A stretch of DNA of 64,000 nt from an uncultured delta proteobacterium (GTDB lineage: Bacteria > Myxococcota_A > UBA9160 > SMWR01): NCBI GenBank assembly GCA_963832165.1, contig CAWHTE010000011.1, positions 256,001 to 320,000 of the forward strand, given 5' to 3'. Every line of letters begins with the position of its first letter. The first letter of the stretch is position 1. Below, piece after piece: positions 22,279 through 34,083 of this stretch. A program made the position numbers and the translations under genes. Under the pieces are notes generated by a model. That model saw only the letters and a list, made by a program, of their open reading frames with translations, was not told where the DNA came from and did no database searches.

Positions 22279-23642
22279 CTAGTTGCCGAGGGCCGCGCGC
22301 AGGCGCGCGAGCACCTCGCGCGATGCGCGCACGCGCAGCCGCGTGCCCGCGGCATCGTGCGATTCCGCGAGCACGCGGCCGCGTTCGTGCGCTTCGGCGA
22401 CCACGCGCTGGAGCGCGTAGGGCACCACGAGCTCCTCCTCCTCGAGTCCGCGCTCGAAGTAGTCGCGCAGCGCGTCGCGCAGGATCGCGGCGTCCTCGGG
22501 GCGCTTCGCCGAGAGCAGGAGCGCGTCCGGATGGGCGGCCGCGAGGCGCGCGCGCGCCTCGGCGTCGAGGCGGTCGGCCTTGTTCAAGAGGATCCGGCGC
22601 GGGATCTCGGAGGCGCCGATCGAGGCGAGCACTTCGCAGGTGACGTCGATCTGGGCCTCGAACGCGGGGTCCGAGGCGTCCACCACGTGCAGCAGGAGAT
22701 CGCTCTCGCGCGCCTCGTCCAGCGTGGAGCGGAAGCTCGCCACGAGGTCGTGGGGCAGGTGCTTGATGAAGCCGACCGTGTCGGAGACGAGCACGCGCGT
22801 GGCGCCCGTATCCTTGAGCGCGCGCACGGTGGTGCCGAGCGTCGCGAACAGCTTGTCCTCGACGTGCACTTCGCTGCCCGTGAGGGCGCGCATCCACGAC
22901 GATTTGCCCGCGTTCGTGTAGCCGACCAGCGCCACGGTGTTCTGCGTGGCGCGCCGCTTGCGGCGCGTGCCGGCCTCGCGCTCGATCGACGCGAGCTCGG
23001 CGCGCAGCTCCGCGATCCGATCGCGCACCTTGCGCCGGTCGATCTCGGAAGCACTCTCGCCCGCGCCGCGCCCGCCGATCCCGCCGCCTTCGCGGTCTCG
23101 ACCGCCGCCGGTCTCGCGCAGGCGCGGCGCGATGTACGAGAGCCGCGCGATCTCCACCTGGAGGCGTGCCTCGCGGCTGCGCGCGTGGCGCTGGAAGATC
23201 GCGAGGATCACGGCGGTGCGGTCGAGCACCTCGGCACGCGTGGCGCGCTCGAGGTTGCGCGCCTGCGACGGCGTGAGCTCGTGATCGACGAGCACGAGTC
23301 CCGCGCGTTCGCTGTCCGGGCGCGCGGATTCGCGTGCCGGCTCCTCGCTGGCCTCATCCGCGAGGTCTTCGTTGGTGTGCCGCTTCGGGGTGCGCGGTCC
23401 GACCGGCACCACGCCGGTGCCGCCGGTCCAGTCCGCGAGCTCCTTCAGCTTGCCGCCGCCCACCACGGAACCGGGCTCGAGCCGCACGCGCCGCTGCGTG
23501 ACCCGTGCGACCACCTGGAAGCCGAGCGTCTTGGCGAGCCGCGCGAGCTCGTCGAGCGACGACGTGAACTCCCCGTCGTCGACGCCGCCCAGCTGCACGC
23601 CGAGCAACACCGCACGCGGGCGCGGAGGTGTGGTCGCGGTCG

Positions 23643-23646
<4 letters not shown>
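22279..23646 (-). CDS. hflX: GTPase HflX
   Basis: LTPSQARNLE, VLDRTAVIL.IFQRHARSREARLQVE, GYTNAGKS, KLFATL, DTVGFI, FRSTL, LNKAD. Confidence 0.93.
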
Positions 23647-25271
<1,625 letters not shown>

Positions 25272-25447
25272 GGTGCGCAGATCCTTCTCGGGGGGGGCCC
25301 GGCGATTAGCGCACCCCTTCCGGCCAGTCGAGCGCTCTGCCCGCTCCGACGGTGCACCGGAGCCCGCTCACACCGGGTTTCGCTGCGTGACCCGATTCTC
25401 CCGAGGGCACCGTAGTCATTTGGCCTACACACTTTCTTTTGTTCGAA

Positions 25448-25463
25448 TGGCGAAGTTTCTGCT
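25448..25463 (+). promoter_or_regulatory. Candidate sigma-54 (-24/-12) promoter for the PEP-CTERM gene
   Basis: TGGCGAAGTTTCTGCT has GG-N10-GC spacing matching TGGC-N7-TTGC with one mismatch. Confidence 0.45.
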
Positions 25464-25651
25464 TGATCTGGCGGAGCGATCGGCTCAAGGTGTGGGGCGA
25501 CAGGGACCTTCCTGGGAGGGGTGGTTTCGAGGCTGTCACGGCGATCGGTCCTTGTCCCGATGTTCGGTTCTGGCTGTTCATCCCCCTTCCGCTGCTGCCG
25601 TCACCATCGGCTCCGTGCCTGCGCGGGGTCCGTGACCAAGGGGGGATCCGG

Positions 25652-26290
25652 ATGCGTTTCACTTCGCACCACGCTGCACTGCTCGGTGTCTCCGTGCTAT
25701 TCGCGCTCAGCGCCAACGCGGTTCCGACCAGCGTCGTCAGTGTCGATACGGCCACCTGCGACACGTTATCCGTGCCGGGTACCGTCGACGAGCTCGGTCC
25801 GGCCTCGGTGTTCCCGGCGGGTGAGCAGATCGGTGCGGTCATCCAGCCGAACACCCCGCTCGCACAGTGTGCCGCGACGAACGTCCCCGCGAGAACCAGC
25901 TCGACGGTCATGATCACGAACCTGCAGGCGTTCTCGTTCGTCGAGGTCTGGTACGTGGCCAACCCCGGCACGACGCTCACGAACATCGACGGGACGGTCA
26001 ACGGGGCGTCCGCGTTCAAGATCGACGCGGTCGGGCTCAACACGCCGCTCGTGAGCGAGAGCATTACGACCAACGGAATCTTCGAGCCCGGCGAGGCCTG
26101 GGTGTTCCGGATCCAGGATTTCGGGAACCTGCTCAACACGGCGAACCAGTTCGGCGAGATCGGCGTGCCGGATCTGACCAGTCTCAACGCCTCGGGCAAC
26201 ATCATCGCGTCGGTGCCGGAGCCCGGCACGGCTGCGCTGCTCGGCCTCGGGCTCGCGGTGCTGGCGATCCGGCGCCGACCGCGCGGCTGA
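25652..26290 (+). CDS. PEP-CTERM sorting domain-containing surface protein
   Basis: Signal peptide MRFTSHHAALLGVSVLFALSANA; C-terminal VPEPGTAALLGLGLAVLAIRRRPRG. Confidence 0.9.
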   Translation: MRFTSHHAALLGVSVLFALSANAVPTSVVSVDTATCDTLSVPGTVDELGPASVFPAGEQIGAVIQPNTPLAQCAATNVPARTSSTVMITNLQAFSFVEVWYVANPGTTLTNIDGTVNGASAFKIDAVGLNTPLVSESITTNGIFEPGEAWVFRIQDFGNLLNTANQFGEIGVPDLTSLNASGNIIASVPEPGTAALLGLGLAVLAIRRRPRG

Positions 26291-26306
26291 ACTTCGCTCC
26301 GACTCG

Positions 26307-28745
26307 TTAGTTAGAGGCCGTCGAGACGGGCCGCGCGGGCTTCCCGCCGACCGCTGCCGTGACGAGCAGCGCCGGGGTGACGAGCAGCTCGATCATGAGC
26401 GCCGTCAGGAACGCGAAGCCTGTCAACAGGCCGAACGCCGCGAGATTTTGCATCGAAGACGCCAGGAAGATGAAGAACCCGGTCGTGAGCACGACGCACG
26501 CGATCAGGTTCGCGCGTCCTGTGCTCGTCATCGTGCGCCGCACGGCCTCCTCGGGGTCGCCGCAGTGCTCCACTTCACGCCGGTAGACGTGAATGAAGTG
26601 GATCGTGTCGTCGACGGCGAGCCCGAGCGCGGTGGAGCCCGCCATCAGCGTGAACATGTCGAGCGGCACGCCGAGCGCGGCCATGAGCGCGTGCATGAGC
26701 AGGATCGGCGCGAGGTTTGGAAGCATGCTGACCAGACCGCCGCGGACGTTTCCGATCAGGACGACCATCAGGCCCGTCACCACGAGCAGTGATGTGAGGT
26801 AGCTCCACGCCATGCTCATCGTGACGGCGTGGAGCGTGCGGCTCATGACACCGAGCAGTCCGGTGATCGTGCCCTGCGAGCCGTTGCCGAGCAGCGTCGG
26901 CAGGCGCGTGTCGAGCTCGGCGACCAGGCGCGCGAACGCATGGGCGTCCTTGAACGGCATGTGCAGCGTGACGCGCGCGGTCGAGAACGAGGTGTCGGTG
27001 ATCCGCTCGAGATCGTCGGCGCCCGTGTTCTCGAACAGAAGCAGCTCCTGGGCGACGAGCTGTCGGTCGCGCGGGATCGCGTAGAACTCCGAGCGATTCT
27101 CGTGGAGTGCCTGGTGGATCTCCTTCACGACGTCGGCGAGTGACGTGGTGCGCCGCACCTGGACGAGCGGGTCGCGATAGCTCTCGGCCCACGTGCGCAC
27201 GCGCTCGATACCGTCGAGCACGGCGGGCTCGTACAGGCCGTTCTCGTGCCCCGTGTTCACGAGCACGTCCATGGTGACGGTCGCCCCCATCCTCTCGTTC
27301 ACGACCTCGGTCGCGTGCCGGAGCGGGTCGCCTTGCGGCAGCCAAGAGATCGGGTCGTGCGAGAAGATCAGCGTGCTGGCGGCGAACCAGACCGAGAGCA
27401 CGCAGGCGAGCAGAGTGCCCGAGATCAGCGGAACGCGGTATCGCAGCGAGACGCGCCCGCATGCGAGCAGAAATCGGTCGATGCGAGAGTTCCGGGCTTC
27501 GCTGCGGTCGAGCCGGGCTGTGCGCAGCGGAATCACCATCACGAGTCCCGGCAACAGCACGAGGCTGAACACCACGGCGAGTGCGACGCCGATCGGCACC
27601 AGATAGCCGAGCATCGCGAGCGGTTGCAGCGAAGCCGTCGCGAACGAGGCCATGCCGCCCATCGTCGTGATCGCGGTCATCACGATCGGCAGGCCCGCGT
27701 GGCCGAGCGAGTGCACCATGGCTGCCTCGCGCGTCGCACCTTCGCGTAACGACCTGAAGAAGTTCGAGAGGAAGTGCACGGGGTAGGCGACGCCCACCGT
27801 GAGCTGGAACGTGGGAAGGATCTGCGCAGGTGGCGTGATGCGCTGGCCGAGGACCGGGAACAGTCCGAGCAACGCCGACAGCGACGCGACGACCACGAGC
27901 AGCGGCAGCAGCACGCCGGCCCAGGTGCCGAACAGGAAGTAGAGCAACAGCGAGATCGCGAACAGCGAGAGCAGAACGAAGCGCTTCATGTCGCGCTCCA
28001 TCAGCTCGGAGATGCGCGTGATCATGAACGGAGATCCCGCGGCGTAGATCTCGAACCCGGAAGCCCTGTGTCGCGCGACCACCTCGCGGACCGCCTCGAC
28101 GATCTCGCTGTTCTCCTCACCCGACAGGAAACGCCGCGCGGGCTTCGGGCCGCTCTCACCCTCCGAGGCCGTGGAGTCGAAGCCGGCGAGCACGTCCTCC
28201 TGGGCGAACGACGAGTAGGCCTCGGTCTCGATCACGATCACCGTGAAGCTGCCGTCGCGCGAGATCAAGAGATCGCGGTAGGTCGGGCTCACGAGCACGC
28301 GCGTCTCGAGCGCTGCGAGCGCCGCGTCGCTGGCCGGGATCTCTGCGAGCAGGTCCTCGACCACGAGCTGGTTCGCTTCGCCGCGCACGTCGCGCGCGTT
28401 GATCAGGCTCTTGACCTCGACGAGCTTCGGCACGCTGCGCTCGAGGTCGCGGTGGAGCGCCGCGAGGCGCTCGAGGAAGCCGCGCTCGAACACGCGCGGC
28501 CCGGCGATCCCGACGACGATCAGCTCGTCGCGCCCGAACTGCTCGCGGAACGCCTCGTAGAGCAGGCGGGCCGGATCGTCGGGCTTGAGCATCTGCTCGG
28601 TCGAGGTGTCGAACTCGAGCCGCGGCAGCTGGGAGGCGAGCGAGAGTGCGACCAGCGCGCACGCAGCGATCGCGGTCCACGGCCGGCGCGCAACCGCCCG
28701 CCCGTAGCGCTCGAACCCGATCTCGATCCGATCCCGGATGCTCAG
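26307..28745 (-). CDS. MMPL/RND-family membrane transporter
   Basis: Two TM clusters with large periplasmic loops; GLAVDDTIHF. The frame extends upstream of 28592 through a first TM helix (LSIRDRIE..PWTAIAACALVALSLA); start approximate. Confidence 0.88.
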   Translation of the reverse strand: MSIRDRIEIGFERYGRAVARRPWTAIAACALVALSLASQLPRLEFDTSTEQMLKPDDPARLLYEAFREQFGRDELIVVGIAGPRVFERGFLERLAALHRDLERSVPKLVEVKSLINARDVRGEANQLVVEDLLAEIPASDAALAALETRVLVSPTYRDLLISRDGSFTVIVIETEAYSSFAQEDVLAGFDSTASEGESGPKPARRFLSGEENSEIVEAVREVVARHRASGFEIYAAGSPFMITRISELMERDMKRFVLLSLFAISLLLYFLFGTWAGVLLPLLVVVASLSALLGLFPVLGQRITPPAQILPTFQLTVGVAYPVHFLSNFFRSLREGATREAAMVHSLGHAGLPIVMTAITTMGGMASFATASLQPLAMLGYLVPIGVALAVVFSLVLLPGLVMVIPLRTARLDRSEARNSRIDRFLLACGRVSLRYRVPLISGTLLACVLSVWFAASTLIFSHDPISWLPQGDPLRHATEVVNERMGATVTMDVLVNTGHENGLYEPAVLDGIERVRTWAESYRDPLVQVRRTTSLADVVKEIHQALHENRSEFYAIPRDRQLVAQELLLFENTGADDLERITDTSFSTARVTLHMPFKDAHAFARLVAELDTRLPTLLGNGSQGTITGLLGVMSRTLHAVTMSMAWSYLTSLLVVTGLMVVLIGNVRGGLVSMLPNLAPILLMHALMAALGVPLDMFTLMAGSTALGLAVDDTIHFIHVYRREVEHCGDPEEAVRRTMTSTGRANLIACVVLTTGFFIFLASSMQNLAAFGLLTGFAFLTALMIELLVTPALLVTAAVGGKPARPVSTASN

Positions 28746-28810
28746 CGTGAACCCCCGACGCGCGTTCCCGCATTAGCGCAGCCGCGCGGTCGAGTCGAGG
28801 CTCCGAGATC

Positions 28811-28828
28811 TATCTTGCGCGGAAGCTA
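28811..28828. promoter_or_regulatory. MarR (PecS/UrtR-type) operator-like palindrome TATCTT-N6-AAGCTA
   Basis: 18-bp imperfect palindrome between the divergent MMPL and marR genes, overlapping a TTGCGC-18-TACAGT promoter-like element. Confidence 0.55.
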
Positions 28829-28866
28829 TCTGCGGGCGTACAGTGCTCGGCCGGACGGACCCCGAG

Positions 28867-29373
28867 ATGGGCTGGATCGACGACCTCGCGCGCGCCTGGC
28901 GCCGGGAGTATCCCGGGCGCGACGTCACGCCGCTGCCGCCGCTCGTGCGGCTCGCGCGGCTCGGCGTGCTGCTCGAGGCATTCCAGCACGAGGTGCTCGG
29001 GCCGTTCGGCCTCACGCCCGCCGACTACGGCGTGCTCGCGCTGTTGCGCCGCGCGGGGCGGCCCTACGAGCTCACGCCGAGCCGCCTCACGAGCAACCTG
29101 CGCCGCTCGTCCGGCGGAATCACGAAGATGGTGACGCGGCTCGAGGAACGCGGCCTCGTGCGGCGCATGCCCGATCCACAAGACGGGCGCGGCTGCCGCG
29201 TTCGACTCACGCGCGCGGGCATCGCGCTCCAGGAACGCGTGTTCGCGGCGTTCCTGGGTGCGAGCGGCGAGCTGCTCGCGCCGCTCGGATCGCTGCGCGA
29301 TACCGACCGCGAGCTCGATCGCCTGCTCGCGATGTTCGAGTCGCGGCTCGCTGCCGACGAGGAGGTCGCATGA
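28867..29373 (+). CDS. MarR family regulator (PecS/UrtR-like)
   Basis: N-terminal WRREYP helix, VLALLRRAGRPYELTPS, SSGGIT..RLEERGLVRR.PDPQDGR. Confidence 0.9.
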   Translation: MGWIDDLARAWRREYPGRDVTPLPPLVRLARLGVLLEAFQHEVLGPFGLTPADYGVLALLRRAGRPYELTPSRLTSNLRRSSGGITKMVTRLEERGLVRRMPDPQDGRGCRVRLTRAGIALQERVFAAFLGASGELLAPLGSLRDTDRELDRLLAMFESRLAADEEVA

Positions 29374-30197
29374 GCGGGATCTCGATCCGGCCGCTCACGC
29401 CGACGGTGGGCGCGGAGATCTCGGGAGTCGATCTGCGCAAGCCGCTCTCGCACGGGGAAGTCGACGCGATCGAGGAGGCGCTGCTCGCGCACGGCGTCGT
29501 GTTCTTCCGCGGCCAGGACATCACACCCGAGCAGCAGCTCGCGTTCGCGCGCCAGATGGGTCCGGTCGACATCCCTCCGTTCGCCCCCAGATACGGCAGC
29601 GACCCGGAGCTGCTCGTGCTCGACCAGGCCAAGCCCAAGGGCGAAGGAGCGGACGAGTGGCACAGCGACAACACCTTCATGGCCGAGCCGCCGATGGGCT
29701 CGATCCTCAAGGCGGTGCAGCTCCCGACCTACGGGGGCGACACCTGCTTCGCGAGCATGCACGCCGCCTACGACGCGCTGTCAGCGCCGATGAAGCGCAT
29801 GCTCGAGGGCATGCAGGCGGTGCACGACATCACGCGGCCGCTCCAGAAGGCGATCGACGCGGGCCACAGCAACGCGGATCTCGCCGAGGTACAGCACAAG
29901 TGGCCCCCGGTGAGTCATCCCGTGGTGCGCACTCACCCGATCACGGGACGCAAGGCGCTGTACGTGAACGGCAACTCCACGGTGCGGCTGGTCGGGCTGC
30001 CCGCGCGCGAGAACGAGGTGATGCTGCGCTTCCTGATCGATCACGTGCGCGATCCCGTGTTCCAATGCCGCTTCCGGTGGGATCTGCACTCGATCGCGTT
30101 CTGGGACAACCGCGCGGTGCAGCACTACGCAGTGCCCGACTACGCGGAGCGCCGCGTGATGCACCGCGTGACGCTGGCCGGTGACCGGCCGCGCTAG
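29370..30197 (+). CDS. TauD/TfdA family Fe(II)/2-oxoglutarate dioxygenase
   Basis: WHSDNTF (HxD), GGDTCF, HPVVRTHP, FWDNRAVQHYA, RVMHRVT. Confidence 0.93.
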   Translation: MSGISIRPLTPTVGAEISGVDLRKPLSHGEVDAIEEALLAHGVVFFRGQDITPEQQLAFARQMGPVDIPPFAPRYGSDPELLVLDQAKPKGEGADEWHSDNTFMAEPPMGSILKAVQLPTYGGDTCFASMHAAYDALSAPMKRMLEGMQAVHDITRPLQKAIDAGHSNADLAEVQHKWPPVSHPVVRTHPITGRKALYVNGNSTVRLVGLPARENEVMLRFLIDHVRDPVFQCRFRWDLHSIAFWDNRAVQHYAVPDYAERRVMHRVTLAGDRPR

Positions 30198-30205
30198 GAG
30201 ATCCG

Positions 30206-30658
30206 ATGCCCGAAGCGAAGTTCCGCCACGCCGATGGAGAGAAGTGGAACGAGGTGCGCGCGATCGCGGTCGACGGGCGCCGCGCGTCGGTGTGGGAGAA
30301 GTGGCTCGAGTTCACGCCCGAGCTGTTGACGATCCACGCGCGCTGGGACCCGGGAATGATGGTCCACAAGCACGGGCACAACAGCCTGCATGTGCTCTAC
30401 GTGCTCGCGGGCGAGATGACCTGCGGCGACGTGCGCTGCACCCCGGGCATGCACATCACGCTGCCGGTCGGCGCGGCGTTCGGGCCGTTCGAAGCGGGAC
30501 CCGAGGGAGTGGAGCTGTTCGAGGTGATGATGGGCGACCCGCGCTCGTGGCCGGCCGACCCGGAGGGCTTCACCAAGCTGCTCGCGGAGCGGCGCGCGGT
30601 GAAGCTGCCCGATCCGCCGATCGAGCTGCCGGAGTGGCTCGAGGACACGAGGAAATAA
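30206..30658 (+). CDS. Cupin domain protein
   Basis: HKHGHNSLHVLYVLAGEM..PG cupin-like motif. Confidence 0.7.
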   Translation: MPEAKFRHADGEKWNEVRAIAVDGRRASVWEKWLEFTPELLTIHARWDPGMMVHKHGHNSLHVLYVLAGEMTCGDVRCTPGMHITLPVGAAFGPFEAGPEGVELFEVMMGDPRSWPADPEGFTKLLAERRAVKLPDPPIELPEWLEDTRK

Positions 30659-30659
30659 C

Positions 30660-31823
30660 ATGAATTCCGGCTTCAAGGTCTTCGACGCCGACGCCCACGT
30701 CGTGGAGCCGCGCGACCTCTGGGAGCGCTTTCTCGACGCGCGCCACCGCCACCGCGTGGGCTGGCGCCAGCCGTTTCCGGGCATGGACCGCTTCCGTCCC
30801 GCGACCGTCGACGGTCGCTACACGCAGAGCCACAAGACGCTGTACGGCAGGCAGCAGGAAGCCGTGCGCTGGACCACCGAGGCGATGACCGCAAAGTACG
30901 GCGAGGTCGTCTCGCGCGGCTTCGACGGCGCGGGCGTCGCGCAGAGCATGCGCCGCGAGGGCGTCGACCTGATGGTGCTCTACGGGCCCGGCTACGACAT
31001 GTGGATCGACGGCATCGACCCCGAGCTCCAGGCGGCGATGGCGCGCGCGTACAACCGCTGGGCCGAGGAGATGCGCGAGACGTCGGGCGGGCGCGTGCTC
31101 GCGGCAGGGCCGGTGCCGCTCTCCGACGTCACGCGCGCGGTGCAGGAGGTGCAGTACGCCTACGAGCACCTGGGCATCCGCTGCTTCTGGGCGCGCCCGA
31201 ACCCGTTCAACCACCGCACGCTCGGCGACCGCTATTTCGACCCGCTCTACGAGCTGCTCGAAGACCTCGACGTCGCATTCGCGACGCACGAGTTCATGGG
31301 GCTCGAGGGACCATCGGCGGGCGCCGACCGCTTCACGAGCTTCGTCGAGTGGCACACCTGCGTCCATCCGATGGAGGCGCAGATGGCGATGCTCTCGATG
31401 ATCGTGAACGGCGTGTACGAGCGCTTCCCGCGCCTGCGCGTCGCCTACATGGAGGCCGGCTGCGGCTGGCTGCCGTCGTGGCTGCACCGGATCGAGGAGC
31501 ACGTCGAGCTCGCGGGCTGGCTCGAGACGCCCGACTGCAAGCGCTCGCCGCTCGAGTACTTCCAGCGCAACTGCTGGATCACCACCGAGCCCGACGAGCC
31601 GCACGCGTATCACGTGATCGACGAGATGGGAGACGGCCGGATCCTGTTCGAGACCGACTATCCCCACCCCGACTCGAAGTACCCGCGCGCCGTCGCGACC
31701 TTCCTCGCCCAGGCGAAGCTCTCCGACGAGAGCAAGCGCAAGATCCTCTGGGACAACGCGGTCGACTTCTACCGCTTCCCCGAGACCCACATGCCCACGG
31801 CCTTCGAAGAGGCGACGGGGTAG
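30660..31823 (+). CDS. Amidohydrolase family protein (amidohydro_2)
   Basis: FDADAHVVEP, ARAYNRW, ERFPRLRVAYMEAGCGW, FETDYPHPD. Confidence 0.9.
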   Translation: MNSGFKVFDADAHVVEPRDLWERFLDARHRHRVGWRQPFPGMDRFRPATVDGRYTQSHKTLYGRQQEAVRWTTEAMTAKYGEVVSRGFDGAGVAQSMRREGVDLMVLYGPGYDMWIDGIDPELQAAMARAYNRWAEEMRETSGGRVLAAGPVPLSDVTRAVQEVQYAYEHLGIRCFWARPNPFNHRTLGDRYFDPLYELLEDLDVAFATHEFMGLEGPSAGADRFTSFVEWHTCVHPMEAQMAMLSMIVNGVYERFPRLRVAYMEAGCGWLPSWLHRIEEHVELAGWLETPDCKRSPLEYFQRNCWITTEPDEPHAYHVIDEMGDGRILFETDYPHPDSKYPRAVATFLAQAKLSDESKRKILWDNAVDFYRFPETHMPTAFEEATG

Positions 31824-31826
31824 GCG

Positions 31827-33215
31827 TTGGCGAACCTGAAGAGGCCCTTCGAGGCGATCGACTACACGGCGCTGATGCGTGTGCACGCGCCGCCGCCCGA
31901 GTACTTCGAGAGCGACTGGCTGCTCGCGCCCGAAGAGATCGAGGCGCGCCAGCTCGCCCGGCTGCGCGACCGCGCGCGCCGCGCGTACGCGGTGCCGTTC
32001 TTCCGCCGCCGCTGGGACGCCGCGGGCTTCCACCCCGATCAGCTGAAGTCGCTCGACGACCTCTGGCGCGCGCCGCGCTATCGCGTCGACGATCTGCGCA
32101 AGAGCATCGAGGAGCACCCGCCGCTCGGCGACTATCAGGGCGCCTCGCTCGAGCGCGCGGCCGAGGAGCCGCTGCGCATCTTCATGTCCGGCGCGACGAC
32201 CGGGTCGCCGAGGCCGACTCTGTACACGCAGTGGGACCGCGAGGCCGGCGCGATCCTGATGGCGCGCGCTCTCTACCTGCAGGGCGTACGCCCGGGCGAC
32301 GTGGTGGTGAACGCGTGGGCCTACTCGACCCACAACGGTGCGTTCGCGTTCGACGAGGCGCTGCACAAGTGGCTCGGCTGCGTGGTGATCACGACCGGCA
32401 CGGGCAACGTCACGAGCAGCCGGCGGCAGGTGGAGCTCGCGCACCAGTACCGCGCCACCGCGATCCTCACGACCGGCGACTATCTGCTGCACCTCGCCGA
32501 GGTGGCGCGCGAGATGGGCCTCGACCCGAAGAAGGACTTCAACCTGAAGGCACTGCCGAACATCGGCGACCGCGCGGCGCTCGAGGAGACCTGGGGGGTC
32601 CCGAACTACCAGTCCTACGGCTTTCACGAGGTCCAGTGGGTGTCGGTGGAGTGCCCCGCGCGTCAGGGGCTCCACATCTTCGAGGACGCATTCGTGGTGC
32701 AGATCGTCGATCCGGAGTCCGACTCTCCCGTTCCGGACGGCGAGCCGGGCTGTCTCTGCGTCACCGAGATCTACAAGACCGGGAGTCCGCAGTTCCGCTA
32801 CGACATCCAGGACCTCTCGTTCCTGTACCCGCGCGAGCAATGCGCGTGCGGGAGCTGGCTGCGGCGCATGGGGCCGTTCGCGGGCCGCGCCGACAACATG
32901 GTGAAGCTGCGCGGCGTGAACGTGTGGCCCGAGGCGATCGGCGAGATTGCGCTGGCCGATCCCGCGTTCGAGCGCGACTACTTCGTGCGCGCGCTGCGTG
33001 AGGGGAACCGCGACGAGATGGTCGTGCACGTGGTGACGCGCGCGTCGACCGAGCGCCACGCGGCGCTGCGCGCTGCGGCCGAGGAGCGCCTCAAGGAGCG
33101 CCTCGGCGTTCGGATTTCCGTCGAGCTCGCCGGCCCCGGCGAGCTCGACGCCTGGACGGAGCTGCATACCTCTCCGAAGCCGAAGCGCTTCCGCGACGAG
33201 CGCGGAAAGATCTAG
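31827..33215 (+). CDS. Phenylacetate-CoA ligase (PaaK)-like AMP-forming enzyme
   Basis: MSGATTGSP, SYGFHE, PQFRYDIQD, GRADNMVKLRGVNVWP. Confidence 0.87.
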   Translation: MANLKRPFEAIDYTALMRVHAPPPEYFESDWLLAPEEIEARQLARLRDRARRAYAVPFFRRRWDAAGFHPDQLKSLDDLWRAPRYRVDDLRKSIEEHPPLGDYQGASLERAAEEPLRIFMSGATTGSPRPTLYTQWDREAGAILMARALYLQGVRPGDVVVNAWAYSTHNGAFAFDEALHKWLGCVVITTGTGNVTSSRRQVELAHQYRATAILTTGDYLLHLAEVAREMGLDPKKDFNLKALPNIGDRAALEETWGVPNYQSYGFHEVQWVSVECPARQGLHIFEDAFVVQIVDPESDSPVPDGEPGCLCVTEIYKTGSPQFRYDIQDLSFLYPREQCACGSWLRRMGPFAGRADNMVKLRGVNVWPEAIGEIALADPAFERDYFVRALREGNRDEMVVHVVTRASTERHAALRAAAEERLKERLGVRISVELAGPGELDAWTELHTSPKPKRFRDERGKI

Positions 33216-33217
33216 TC

Positions 33218-34081
33218 ATGGGCGCCGTCGACTACTGGTGCAACGCTTTCACGCCGGAGTACCGCGCGCTCTGGGACGCCGCGATCGGAGAGCAGGATCT
33301 CTCGGTGCGCGTGCGGCGCGACCCGGAGGACAGCTTCGCCGAGCCCGCCGAGTTCCTCGCGCGCATGGACGCGCTCGGCTTCGACACAGTGCTCTTGCCG
33401 TCGGCGGAGGTGTCGCCCGAGGCGGGCCGGTTCGCCTACGAGCGCTATGCGACCCCGCCCGAGCAGCTGAGCAAGTTGGCCGCTGCGCATCCGGGCCGAT
33501 TTGCGGGGCTTTGGACGATCGATCCGAGCGCAGGCCTTCCCGGTGTGCGGCGCGCGGCCGAGATGCTCGCGCAGCCTCACACGATCGGTCTGCTGCTCCA
33601 CACCCATAGCTGGGACCGCGCGTTCGACCACCGCGACCTCTATCCGTTCTACGCGCTCGCGGCCGAGCACGACGTGCCGGTCGTGATGCAGGCGGGCGCG
33701 TCGGGCGGACTGCTCCCGAGCGAGTGCGGTCGGCCGCTCGGAATCGATCGCCCCGCGATCTACTTCGGCGCGGTCCGCTTCGTGCTCTCGCACCTGGGCT
33801 GGCCGTGGACCGGCGAGGCGATCGCGATGGCGCACAAACACGCGAACGTGTACCTCGGCACCGCGGCGTGGCCGCCGCATCGCTGGCCCGCCGAGCTGGT
33901 CGACTTCATCGTGGGAGCGGGGCAGGGCAAGACCGTGTTCGGGACCGGCTTTCCCGTGACCGGCCACCGCAAGGCGCTCGCAAAGCTCGCGGAGCTTCCG
34001 CTCTCCGACGCCGTGCGCGCCGAGCTATGCGGTGGCGCGGCGCGCCGCGCGTTCACGCGTCTTGCGCATCCCGAGGAGTAG
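33218..34081 (+). CDS. Amidohydrolase family protein
   Basis: YPFYALAAEHDVPV, SHLGWPW, KHANVYL, FGTGFP. Confidence 0.85.
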   Translation: MGAVDYWCNAFTPEYRALWDAAIGEQDLSVRVRRDPEDSFAEPAEFLARMDALGFDTVLLPSAEVSPEAGRFAYERYATPPEQLSKLAAAHPGRFAGLWTIDPSAGLPGVRRAAEMLAQPHTIGLLLHTHSWDRAFDHRDLYPFYALAAEHDVPVVMQAGASGGLLPSECGRPLGIDRPAIYFGAVRFVLSHLGWPWTGEAIAMAHKHANVYLGTAAWPPHRWPAELVDFIVGAGQGKTVFGTGFPVTGHRKALAKLAELPLSDAVRAELCGGAARRAFTRLAHPEE

Positions 34082-34083
34082 TC

